From an uncultured Chloroflexia bacterium (GTDB taxonomy: Bacteria > Chloroflexota > Limnocylindria > Limnocylindrales > CSP1-4), in contig CAVQKK010000009.1 of NCBI GenBank assembly GCA_963713095.1, positions 196,991 to 260,990 on the forward strand: a stretch of DNA of 64,000 bases, written 5' to 3'. A program made the translations under genes and the position numbers. The notes beneath the pieces were generated by a model. The model searched no databases. It had not been told where the DNA came from and was given only the letters and a program-made list of their open reading frames with translations. Below are positions 9,245-20,319 of the stretch, piece after piece (positions within the stretch are counted from its first letter, which is position 1; every line of letters begins with the position of its first letter).

Positions 9245-9759
9245 TCAGGAGACGTGCGGCGTCCAAGTCCATGCCGCCGGCTCGGAGCTCACGGAGCAAC
9301 TCCGCCTCGCAGCCCCGCCCGACGGTACATAGAGCACGCCGTCAACATCGCTTGGACGCTCCACTTCACCGGCAACGAGGGCGACCAGTGCTCACGTCCA
9401 AGGAGGCCGATGAAATAGCAGAGTTCGAGAATGACATTCTGGCGGGCTCGGGACTGGAGTCCCTCTAGCGGAACTCCGTCGCTGGTAGCGGCCTCAAGCG
9501 CACGAAGTTCCGCGCCCAGGTCGTCTGGTGTCATCACGACAACCGCAAACGCGACGTCCACGTTCGCCTCGAACTTCTCGATGATCGTTCGCCCGCGGTT
9601 CGGTTCCTCGACGAGGATCACAGGTTCAAGGCCCACGAGGGTCATAAGCCTGGCAACCGCGTCCCGTGGCCCGGCCTCATGTCCGTGCACGATGAAGACG
9701 CGTCCCGATGCGCCCGTGCGACCTCGGGACTGCGCGAGCCGGCATCGACGCGCACGCAA
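9245..9759 (-). pseudogene. TIR-like nucleotide-binding domain protein (COG4271/pfam10137 type), disrupted by a frameshift near 9385
   Basis: 'RVFIVHGHEAGPRDAVARLM...EPVILVEEPNRGRTIIEKFE...VDVAFAVVVMTPDDLG...RARQNVILELCYFIGLLGR'. After a -1 shift the sequence continues '...VERPSDVDGVLYVPSGG', the canonical PSD.GV.Y C-terminal motif of this family. Confidence 0.5.
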
Positions 9760-12700
9760 CTGGCTCTAAGCGAACGTCCCCGGTCCGCCACGGACTGCGG
9801 CGAGCGTCGGAGGCGCTCATGTCATCGTCGCAGCCTTCGATCGGACGGCTGAGTCCGCCAGCTGCGGGGCCAATGCCAGCTTCGGAGACCCCGATACGAT
9901 CAAGGGTGAGTTGCAGCTCCTCGAGGCATCGCGCGTCGGGCGCGAGGTGGACTGCGCAATCGGCGGCCGTATTCGAAGAACGGTTTGAAGAATTTGGCCC
10001 GTGCGTATCGCAGAACCGAGTGCGGCGGCGAGAAGTTGTATCTCACGAATGAGAGCGTCCATTAGGCGTCGCTCTCCCATTCCAGCAGTTCTTACGGACC
10101 CTCAGCCAGAGGGCGCCTCCGACTGACTTCCCACTCCCGATCGATCGCCACTGCGTTTTGTGGGTTTGTAAGGGTTGGTCGAAGCTCAAGGGTAACGAGA
10201 GCGTTCTGGTAGCTGCAGAAATATCGGCACAGAGACCGGTTCAGGACCAAGGTTGCCGAGTACGCAGCGTGAGGTGGTACCACCTGGCAGTCTCCACGTG
10301 ATCAGCGCGGAGACACCCGACCACTCCAAGCGTATAGCATCACAGCTAACACCTCGCGCATGCTAGTCTCCGCGATCGGTTCCACAGCACGTTCGTAGTT
10401 GTCGATGCGGGTCGTGAGCTCAAGCAGCGCCGATAAGAAAGTCCCCGAGCTCGGGATCTGATCCGGTTGGTCGAACTCAGGAACAAGCGTCTCGTGAGCG
10501 TCTCAGCTGAATCGGCGCTGCAGCCAAGCGACGCCGCCTTCAGGACGTAGAAATTCGCGAGCTCGTTAGGATCCGAAGCGGATATCGTTTCAGTGTTGTA
10601 ATAGGTACTAAACTAAAAATATGAGTGTACAAGCTACCAAAATGGAATAAGACTCGCACTACACTGTACAGCAGTCTCGTGCAGTTCTGGACGATCTCCC
10701 GCGCAGACCGCCTCAAGGTTGCGCGCCCACTGGGATCCGACGCCGAGCGACCAATAAACACATAGCGCCGGAATGAGCACCACATCATCGCGGACTGTCG
10801 GGTGGACTATAATATGATATAGAGAATATAATAGCTTACGAGTGAGCGCGTGGTTGAATTCCCCGCGTGACAGAAGTATCGTAATCAGTAAGAGAGAGCT
10901 AAGTAGCCGACGATCAGGACGAAGTACTGGTAATCGCGAATGACGGATAGTGCGGTCTAAATATTTGAAGGTTTGGCGGTGCTGGAAAGTCGAGCGCCTC
11001 CAGTTAGGACCTCGTAACGTACTGCTCGAGTTACCATTTCACACTCGATCGTATGTCTTCAAGGTCGCGAACGGTTGAACTCACGAATACGAGAGTTGCG
11101 CCGGGTGGTAATACAGAGTCGACCACAGCTCCTCGCTAACGGTGTGTGTAGAGCGGCGATAGCGAAGCAAGCGCAAACGCGATCCCCTCACTAGGTGCTA
11201 GTACGCCTCCTAGAAGAAGTCCTCGTCAAGGCGGTAGCAGTGAAGGTGCTCTTCGGCTGGACGCTAACCCGGTAATAGACCATGTGCCGGACAACCCTAG
11301 CCGAAAATCAAGACGATCCGAACTCGAAGAACAAGAAGAAAGAATGAGACGGCGTGAAGAACGTCGTGAAATTATTTTTTTGAGAGAGTGCTATGAATAG
11401 AACTAAAGAGAAGAACTGCAAGATGAATAGTATCACTACCACTTCACAGCGTTTACCTGGACGTAGACCTTGTCGACCCGAGCTTGTCCTCATAGATACA
11501 CCATCAACCCGACGTGCGCCCGACATGCTCGCAGGGGCTGTTGGACGGAGATCTCTCTTATCTCATTGCGACGAGCTCATCGAGTACTCGCGCCGAAGAA
11601 GTCGGGTTTTCTCGCTTTTAGTTTCGCGAGTAGCGCTTTTTCTAGTTCGCCGCGCAGATTCCGATACGTCGTCTCCTCTTGCTCCTCGGGCGTGAGAACC
11701 GACTCAGCAGCGTGCTCGGCTCTCTGTTCGTTGTCGCTAGTAGATGTCTTCGACTTACCGCCGATGAAGTTGACGATCTCCGCCTTCGCACCGCCACCAG
11801 CGCCTGGCCGATCAGCCACGGGTTGACCATCAGCAGATCCGCACACGCTAGGTTCCGGAACTTGCCGTGTCCCTCTGATCCGAGCAGTCCAGCGTGGCGC
11901 ACGCACGTCAACGCTCATTGTGTTCGGTTGTTGACGTGCGCATGCGCCCGAGGCAGGAACTGCGCGAGATCCCGAGGCCGAGCTTATACAGCCACGCGAT
12001 CTGCTCCTCGGCCTCTGCTCCGGTATGTATCTCACAATCGCCGTCGAACCGGAGCAGGAGCACCATCAGACACGGTAGACGAGAACGTCCACCTTTCCCT
12101 CCATAGCGGATTGCGATACTCCAAGCCTTCGCACCGCCGACGGCCTCGTTGGCCCTCAGCCAAAGCTACGGGTTGACCATCCCGTTCGTCGGCTTCTCGC
12201 GTCACGCAAAATAGTCATCACCCGACTCTGCGACCGCTCGCATCACCCGTTCCTCCGCAGCCGCGAGCGCACGGTGAACTCTGGCGCCTCGGTCAGCTCC
12301 ATGGTCCGAGCGCTCCCACTCCCGAGCCCGGCACCACGACCCCCATCGTCATCCAGCGGATCCTCGTGAACATCGCTCGACTCAATCCGTCTCGGCCTCC
12401 CGAGCCGGTTGCTCTCCTGCCGATGTGGCGGACAGTGATGGCGATTACGTCGAGCCGCGGCAGGACCCCGACGCTTCCACGGTATCCACGACCGCCGACT
12501 GGTTCCCTCCTTCACCGTCACGGCGTCCGGTTGGGTGAGCAAGTCGTATAGTGCGCAGGCGGACGCACCCGCGCTCGCCACCCGGTCGGGTGGTCTCCCG
12601 TAGCGGGACCCCAGTCCGTCGTCGACTCACGGCATACGCAGGTACTCGTCGGGTTTGCTCGACTACGAGGCGATGGAGTGATAGAGCGGCCGGCGAGCTC

Positions 12701-13288
12701 GGCGGTTGCGGCACCAACGTATCGAGGTGTGCATCAGGAGGAAGCTGAACGGCTTCACGCTCGCGGCGTACGACCGGCTTGCGTTTTACTGATCGAACAA
12801 TCCTGCCAGTACGGGCGTGGTGATCGGCGCCTGGCTCACGGCGGGTAGATCGAACCATGAGGGTTCGGCACCCGGATCGTCACCGTTCGTCTCCGCGATG
12901 ATCCGGCGCCACCGATCTCGACCCATACGGGCCACGTCGCATGCCAATCGTCGGCGTTCGATCGGTGCTGATACAGCTCAAGGCTATGGTTAGATGCCTT
13001 GCGGATGACGATGCCCGCGGGGGTCAATAGAACAGGCATACCGCGAAGTGCTGGTCGAGATAGCTACAGTCGTGACGTGCGAAAATGGCACAGTGCCGAT
13101 TGATCGGACCAACGGCGCGCGGATCTCCCGGCGGGCGGCCCCAGATGGCTCTCGAGGGCGGCGATTGGGTGCCTTCATCGTCTCTCGTCTATGTGATGCG
13201 AAGTGACCGATGCGAACTTATGGTTTTTGATATGGTTTAGATTAATGTATGTTTCTTATACTCGAGCTTGAGCATATCGGGGATCGTA

Positions 13289-14284
13289 TCACGATCGTAC
13301 GGATTGAGTAGGTTGATGGTCGCAGGATGCGTCGACGACGGCCTCATGACAGCGCCCGGACCGCAAGGGCCCATCGGCCGATGCCGATCCTACGGGAGCA
13401 GGCAACGAGCCCACGACAGGCGTCGACACGATGGCCACCGAGTCAGTGTCGCAAGCGACATAGGACCCGATGCCGGCAGCGACGTGGCCTGGGCGAGCCC
13501 GAGCGGCAGGCCCCGGCAGGCTGTTGGTGCCAGTGCAGGGAGCGCCGGCATTCATGGCAGTGACGCCCGTAGGTGCAGTGCGGAGAACGCCCAGCCCGAT
13601 CGCAGCTCAGCGACACCCGTGGATGACGTGGCAAGCACTTGAGGAACTTGTCGAGGCGTTAGCGTTCGCTCTCCGGCAGCGTACCGTGTTTGATCCGCCC
13701 GTTCCTTGATGACTTGGCGAAGAGGTCGTAGCGCAGTAGGTGGATCTAGACGCGTAATGGAGAAGAAAGTTGTGTAATAATATGTAATTAAAGTAGAGAG
13801 TAATTGAATCGCTGAGGATTTCCCGCTCATTGGGGTGGGTGACGGCGATGAGGCGAGGGTTGCCAGAGCGGACCAGGCGACATTTGACCCGATCGTCCAC
13901 GCGCCACGCCCGCCTCGGCGACCAACGCGACGGCACGAGGACCGCCACGAGCGACATGACGATGAGCACTGGAAACACGTTGGCCAGCACGCGTCCAGCC
14001 AGTCACATGGAGCCGATGACTCGTGATTGTGTCGAGGAAAGCCGCCGCGTCGGCGGTGGCGTCGACCGCTCGAAGTGGTCCGAGATCACGTGCGTCCACA
14101 GATCGAGCAGGACGAACACGGTCGGGTACATCGACGCGAAGTCGACGTACCGCACCGGGAGCTCGACGCCGCGGATCGGCACTCGGTCCGCCCGCCGTAG
14201 TAGGCGGTCATCGAGTACCCCAGGACCGCGTCGGCCACGAGGTTGGAGCGCGCCATCGGCTGCCTGTCCCGAGGCGAAGGTCAA
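13289..14284 (-). pseudogene. family B DNA polymerase (PolB) remnant, heavily decayed and frameshifted
   Basis: Three conserved motifs are present. A YxGG motif ('GYSMTAYYGGRTE', about 14178-14216) is followed about 22 aa later, after a 1-nt frameshift, by motif A 'VRYVDFASMYPTVF' (about 14090-14130). Compare Pfu '[30 protein letters not shown]'. Motif C 'SYVACDTDSVAIV' sits at 13436-13465. A degenerate motif B-like 'AKSSRNGRIKHG' lies in the AT-rich stretch between them. Confidence 0.5.
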
Positions 14285-14430
14285 GAGCCATGCCGCAGCT
14301 GGAGGCGGAGACCCCGTTTGGGGTCGGCCCCGCGCCTATCGAGGGCGATCCTCGGTGCCATCCGGGTTGAACCGGACGACCGTCGGCTGTAGCGAAACGT
14401 GGTCAGCACACCGTGCGCCGCGACGGTGTC

Positions 14431-16113
14431 CTAGTGGTGCTCGACCTCGAACTCCTTGGCGGCCGCATCGGGCCCCAGCGAACGATCGGTGAGCACGTAA
14501 GAGAGGGTGTGTATGTCGAGGAACAGCACTTGGTAGTAGTCACGTTCGCCGACGAGGTTCGACTCATCCACGATCACCGGGCCGGTGAAGCCGATGAACT
14601 GACGCTTGGAGCCCAGCGACTGGACCTGGAGGTGGGTCGGAACATTCGACCTCGATGGGTCCCATCTTGGCCATCGGCATCGGGGCCCAGCGAACGATCT
14701 GGAGATTTCGACCCACCTGCACCGATCGCGGCCAGCCTTCCATTTCCACAGAGGCAGACGTGCCAAGCGGCCGGACCATGAGGCCCGACAGGGCCTTCGA
14801 ATGCCAGAGAACACCCCTATCCGGCGAGGGTGGCTGGCGATGGCGAAGCGTTCCAGAGCACTACCCCGGGATGAACCGTCAAGCCTCTTGTGGAAATGTA
14901 GCGAGCGGGCGCTTCGGCCGCATGCGTCTCGACGTAGCGCTCGAGGACCGCCCGGTCGGCCGGTGCCAGGTCGTCCGCGGCGATCAGGCCCTCCTGGAGG
15001 AGCTCCCGTCCCGCGCGCGGTACACGCGCTATCTGCCGAACAGCAGGTGCTGCGACGTGGCGAAGATCGTCTCGGTGACAAGCACGACCTCGAGCTCGGA
15101 CGGCTCAAGCGACTCTTGTGGATGTAGCGAGCGGGTGGGACGGTTGTAGGCGCGAACGGCAATCGGACCTTTGTAGGTCCCGGAGCGTCGGCGCCGGCTC
15201 ATGCCGCGATAGGGCTCGATGGCGCACCCTTCCACCACTCGGGTCCAAGCTGCTCGCGCAGCCACACGACGAGCCGGATCAGCCAGGCCGCGCTCGGCCA
15301 CAGGAGACTTGAGAACCGGCCAGCACCTGGCCCGCTACGAGGATCGGGTCGGCATCGGCTCCGGCCATCGCCTGAGCGAGCCGATGCGCTGCTCGGTATC
15401 GCGGGGGCGATCGGACGCAGCCGGCGGCGCAGCTCTCGGAAGGCACGCTCGATCAGGTTGGTCGTGCGCAGGCTGGCCCGGAGCGACTCGGGCAGCGCGA
15501 ACACGGCGAGCAGGCTCTCGAGATCGCGCTCGAGGTTGCGCACGAGGCCCGGGTGCCGTGAGCCGCCAGCTCCTCGCCCAGCGCCGGCCGCAGTACGCCG
15601 GCCGTGCTCCTCGCTGGTAGACCCGTAATGGAGCTCGTGGCCGGCGGCCAGCCGGTCGACGACTCGGCACGGGTGACGAGCAGGACCCGCCGGCCGTCGA
15701 GCGTGAACGTCTTTCGACGTAGCTAAAAGAGCAGGGTCGCGCGCTCGGCCCGGAGGTAGTGAGAGCGCGTCGAGTACGTTCCAGAGGGATGCGATGGGTC
15801 CAGCAGCGCTGGAGGGCGACGCCTCGGGGAACGGTCGTCGGGACGGTATTTCTCGCGGAATGCGATCGAAGGCTCGAGGTCTCCACCGCCGGCCGCAGCC
15901 GCGAAATCCCGTCCGGCGGCGAAGGCCGTCGGCGCGTGACCAGCAGCACCTGATCGGGATCGAGACCCCCGCTCGACGAGCGAGGTCAGCAGTCGAGCGC
16001 GCGTTCACGAGCGTATGGGTCCCTAATTCGAATTCTTGTAGCCACAGCCATGGACTCCGCAGCGAGATCGCTCCGGTGGACGGTTCCACCGTTGGCGAAA
16101 CCGTCCACCTCAC
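14431..16113 (-). mobile_element. IS256-family (Mutator-like) transposase remnants; no intact ORF
   Basis: The signature 'FALPESLRASLRTTNLIERAFRELRRR' (about 15445-15525) is the IS256 C-terminal motif. Flanking frames are scrambled. A roughly 35-bp direct repeat 'tcaagc.nctcttgtgga(a)atgtagcgagcggg' occurs at about 14880-14914 and 15103-15136. Confidence 0.4.
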
Positions 16114-16128
16114 GCGGGCACTGTTGTA

Positions 16129-16946
16129 GTGCGAGATTCCCCGCTATGGCAAGAGAGCCGCGGTCTACGAGGAACTCGCCGCTTGGGCAAGGTCGCAGCA
16201 CTACCCGAGGGTGACGGGCTCGGTTGTTCACCTGTGGGTGAAGAGGGCGCTCCTGCCGCGAGCCGGCCGCCGGTACACCGCGTTCGGTGTATACCAAACG
16301 ACCCTCGGACCCGGGACACGGGAGCAACTCCCAGGCTATGCCACTACCGATACGAGGTCGGCATTGGCCGGACGGCCTTGCTCCGTGGCCTGCTCTGGCT
16401 CGAAGGGTTCGACCTCCCGCCGGATGCCATTCGGGAGGCGCTCGAACGCTATCGGCGACGCCGCCTGGAACGAGAGCGGGCCATCAAGCGCCGGGCGGCA
16501 CGCCGCGATGCAGAGGACGATCCCGACGACTTCATTGTCGAGTACATGGCGATGCAGCCGCTCTGGAATCTGATGCTTCCCGAGCTCTCGTCCATCGAGC
16601 GAACAACGGTGCTCACGGAGGTCGCGCTGTCCCTGGCCCTCGGCGACCGCATCTCGCCCTTCGTAATGCGGATGATCACCCGCGAGTTCGCCGGGACGCG
16701 CCGTTCGACCGGGGAGCATTCTCGGGCCTCATGGAGGGCTTGCGGTCGGTCCATCGGGAGGCTGCGGAGGTGACCGATCAGCATCTCGCAACCGCGCGCA
16801 GGCTGTCGGCCGACGGCTATGGCGAACGCGTGACCGACCAGCCCTCACGGGCTCAAGGTAGCGGGCGCTCCAACGGCTCGCGGCGTCCGGTGCCAGGCAG
16901 GCCATCGGGGCGTTCCGACGCCATGCGGGCCGGGCAGAAGCGCTGA
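16129..16946 (+). CDS. hypothetical protein within the island, no recognisable family; apparent frameshift near 16700
   Basis: Coding-like GC3 in 'YRYEVGIGRTALLRGLLWLEGFDLPPDAIREALERYRRRRLERE...FIVEYMAMQPLWNLMLPEL...'. Coding potential continues in another frame ('...FSGLMEGLRSVHREAAEVTDQHLATARRLSADGYGERV'). Confidence 0.3.
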
Positions 16947-17096
16947 CCGACCCGCAACTGACGAGAGCGGACGACCCCGTCGAATGAGACAATGGGGACA
17001 TCACCATAGCGCCCCCGCGGCCGCGGTAACGGCCCGGGGGCATGGCACACGGAGGTCAAGTCCGCATGCGCCGTCAGGCTATCGATCGCGGGCAGC

Positions 17097-18673
17097 GTGG
17101 CCAGCCGACCTCACGCCCCCGCGGGGTGTCCTCGTCCTCTCTGGCTACGGCCTCTCCGGCGTGTGTGGCGAGGCCGGCTCAGGGTCGCCGACGGGATCGG
17201 GCGGCTCCGCCAGGAAGGGTTCGTCCACCGCGCCACAGGTGGACTCAAGCGCATGGTCGTTCTCGGCCATACCGGGTCGATCACGTTCGATGCGATCCGC
17301 TGGCTCGCCGACATCGGTGCGGGCTACGTCCAAGTCGACGAGGACGGGCGGGTACTGGCGGCGTTCGGGCCGCAGGGCACCGACCGGCCACCGGTGCGGC
17401 GTGCCCAGGCGGACGCGCTCGACACGGCATGGGGGATCGTGATCGCCCGGGAGCTCATCCACCGCAAGCTCGATGAGCAGGTGCGGACGCTGCGCGACCT
17501 CGAGCAGGTACTGCGGGTTGATCCCTCTGCATGGGCGGCGATCGAGCTGGCGCAAGGGAGGCTCCGCATCGCCGCGACGCGCGATGACATCCGAATGGCG
17601 GAGGCTGCAGCGGCGGCTGCGTACTGGGGGCCTGGGCGCCGCTGGAGCTCCGCTGGGCGCGTCGGGACGCCGACCGGGTGCCGACACACTGGCGCACGTT
17701 CGGGTCACGAGCGTCGCCGCTGACCGGTGGCACGAGGCTTGCGGTCAATCCGGCCAACGCGATCCTGAACTACCTGTACGCATTGCTCGAGGGGGAGGCA
17801 TCCATCGCGGCACGGATCGTGGGGGTCGATCCGGGGTTGGGCGTCCTCCATGCCGATCAGCTCAACCGCGACTCGCTGTCGGCAGACCTCATGGAACCGG
17901 TGCGTCCGATGGTGGATCGATACGTGCTCGATCTGCTATCCAAGGGCCCCTTTGCAGCGTCGGACTTCCATGAGACCCGTCAGGGCGTATGTCGCATTAC
18001 CCCACCATTGGCGCATGAGCTGGCGATGACATCGATCGAATGGGGGCGATGGGCGGGTCGCATCGCGGAAGATGTCGCCACGATGCTCGAGCATGGGGCA
18101 ATGGATGGTGCCCCATCGAACCGGGCACCATCACGATCGAACGGGAAGCGATCGCTCCCAACCCCGATCAGTGGGCGCAATCGGAGCACCGGACGGGGTA
18201 GATCCAAGGGGCGGAAGCATGGTTCGACCACACCGAGGGTGAGTCGAGCATGCATCCATTGCGGGGGTCCGGTTCCATCGGGACGCATGACGTGTGGGGA
18301 CGCATGCGAGCAAGCGACCCGCGCGATTGGGGTCGATACGTTCGCGTCGGCAGGGGCGGAGGCGCTCCGCAAGCGGCATGCGGAAGGGGTCGCGGTTCAG
18401 CTCACTGATGCGGGACGAGGTCGGTTGCGCGACCGCGCATCGAGCAGGGTCCGCGAGGCCCGTGCATGGCAACGCGAGCATGCGTGGCCATCGGACCCTG
18501 ATCGGTTCGAGCGGGAGATCCTGTCAGGGCTGGCAAACGTGCCGGTTCGCGATCTGGTCGAGGCGACCGGACTCTCCGATGCCTACTGCCGGAGGATCAA
18601 GCGGGGACAGGTGGTGCCCCATCCGATGTGGTGGGACGCGCTCCGGAATTCAGTCAAACCGGAACCCGAATAG
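17097..18673 (+). pseudogene. Cas1-family integrase homologue with a C-terminal Zn-ribbon + HTH extension (casposase-like / Cas1-solo). One single-base frameshift in a G5 run at about 17627-17631.
   Basis: N-terminal part: 'LKRMVVLGHTGSITFDAIRWLADIGAGYVQVDEDGRVLA...VRRAQADA...ARELIHRKLDEQ'. After the shift: 'AVNPANAILNYLYALLEGE...GVDPGLGVLHADQLNRDSLSADLMEPVRPMVDRYVLDLL'. These contain the Cas1 catalytic motifs GxLH and DLMEP.R. The C-terminus has 'CIHCGG...CGDAC' and an HTH 'VRDLVEATGLSDAYCRRIKRG'. No cas2 or CRISPR repeats are nearby. Confidence 0.65.
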
Positions 18674-20319
18674 ACCGCCGTCTTCAGTGGCGTCAGTCAG
18701 ACGTGGCTCAACCACGCTCTCGTGACCCAAGCTATCGACAAGCTGCGGCCAGTCGTCTGAGTTGAGGGTTACGAGGTACTGGAAACCAACTCGTTCGGTC
18801 TGGCCGCGAGCATATTGGAGCGCGGTGCCCACCTGACGAACGTCCACGCCGTCGAAGAGATGGCTGTCGTGAATGAGGAAGCCTGGGGCAACTCCAGCGG
18901 ACGCGGCGGCCGCGTACAGGGCCATGTCGAAGGAGAAGATCTCCATTCTTCTCACCCCTGAACTGCGATCGCCTTGGATCGCCGGTCGGAGCTGAAGGCC
19001 CGACGCATCGACCGAGATCTCAAGGCTACCGGGCTCCTCGTACAGGAAGCCGGAGGCGTGCTCAAATGACCTCGCCACGCGCTCCAGGGTCGCCTCCTGC
19101 TCGGCGAGGTCCTGCTGTAGCCGCAGCAACTGCTGGCTCTTTTCGACTCGGAGCTCTGCCCGACGCCGCTCGACATCGACGGCCGATGAGAGTGCCTCCC
19201 GAGCCCTGATTGCGTCCAACTCCGCCTCGGCAAGTTGCCGCTGAATCGCGAGAAGCTGCTCAGTGGCGCCGTGCTCTCCAAGCAGACGCCGAAGTTGTTC
19301 CTGGCGAGTGGTCAGGCGTGAGACCTCGCGTTGTCGGCCCTGGATGCGAGCTCCGGGCGCCGCCGTCTCCCCATCTAGGTAGCGGCCTCGGTTGCGCACG
19401 ACGGCCTCGTGAAACGCTTGGGCTTCGTCGAGGCGATGCATAACGAGTTCAGGGCATGACGATGCCGAGCTTCTCGTATGCGGGCGTCACGTCGACGGCT
19501 TGGTGCTGCAATCTCAGCCTGTAGAGCTTCGTCGACCTGGGTGATCTGTCGGCGATCGACCACATCCAGGTCCGCCAAGGACCCGAGGGTCTCCGTCACG
19601 GCCGCTAGCTCAACCTCAAGGTCGTCGTATTGTGGAAGGACCCGGAACTCAGAGGCCGCGCGTCTAAGCTCCTCGAGTCTCCCGTCCGCACGTGCAGCGC
19701 GTGCGCGGAGTTCCCCGGAATAGGCCCGGCGGTTGAGGGTGGCATCCTCCTCGCGAATCCGCTGGAGCTCGGCCGCGATCTCCCAGTCCAAGCCCAGTAA
19801 GTACATGAGCCACGCCTCTTGGTTCCCACGCGGCTGCTGAGGGAAGTACTTGAGAGGCGACAAGAAGCCCCCGGTGGCCTCACGGCGGGCGAAGTACCCG
19901 AAGAGTTGGCGCATTGACGGTTCGCCGGGTGCTCCGGTCAAGCCAAACCAAGCCCTCCCTAAGTGCTGCTTCCATTCGTCGACCGAGAGGCCCTGAGCCT
20001 GGCCATCGTCGCCGAGTCCAGTGACCTCGACATGGCCGAGCGTGGACGTCGAGCGCTCGACACCCAGGGTGGATCCCGCCACATCCATCTCCATCCCAAA
20101 GGTCACACCCTGGAGCGCCTCCTTGCGAAACAAGGAGCGCTGATCAACGTTTGCGCCGGTTAGGAAGTGGATGATCTCCACCAAACTCGACTTGCCAGCC
20201 CGGTTTCGAGTCTGCTGGTCGCTTGAGATCGCGGTTCGGTCCGCAAGAACCACACTGAGGCCTGGGCGGAATGACATCGCCTTGAATGAGTTCAACGAGC
20301 TCCAGACGCGGTAGATCAT
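18650..20319 (-). pseudogene. SMC-like ABC ATPase of an ABC-3C/Lamassu-like defence module; frameshift near 19340-19440
   Basis: The N-terminal half (19375-20319) has the Walker A 'TRNRAGKSSLVEIIHFL' followed by a long coiled coil. The C-terminal half (18650-19441) has more coiled coil, then 'GDRSSGVRRME' and a Walker B-like 'GFLIHDSHLFDGVD'. The two halves overlap by 67 nt in different frames. Confidence 0.6.

Noticed and set aside
9100-9260. tRNA or tmRNA gene as the integration target at the island boundaries (also checked 21480-21790)
   Set aside because: No cloverleaf-compatible sequence or GGTTCGA(A/T)TCC T-loop motif was found at either junction. Only a short direct repeat (CGCGGATCAG x2) and the inverted repeats are present.
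10540-12035. Short ORFs in the AT-rich stretch (for example 10540-10788, 11393-11695, 11577-12035) as real genes
   Set aside because: There is no RBS or start context and no conservation signal. The codon usage is atypical for the host or for an intact foreign gene, and the frames are stop-riddled around them.
14431-14640. 'KRQFIGFTG' / 'LFLDIHT' as PolB motif B or Exo I
   Set aside because: These lie N-terminal to motif A on the minus strand, which is the wrong order for motif B, and too close to YxGG to be Exo I. They are more likely IS or other debris.
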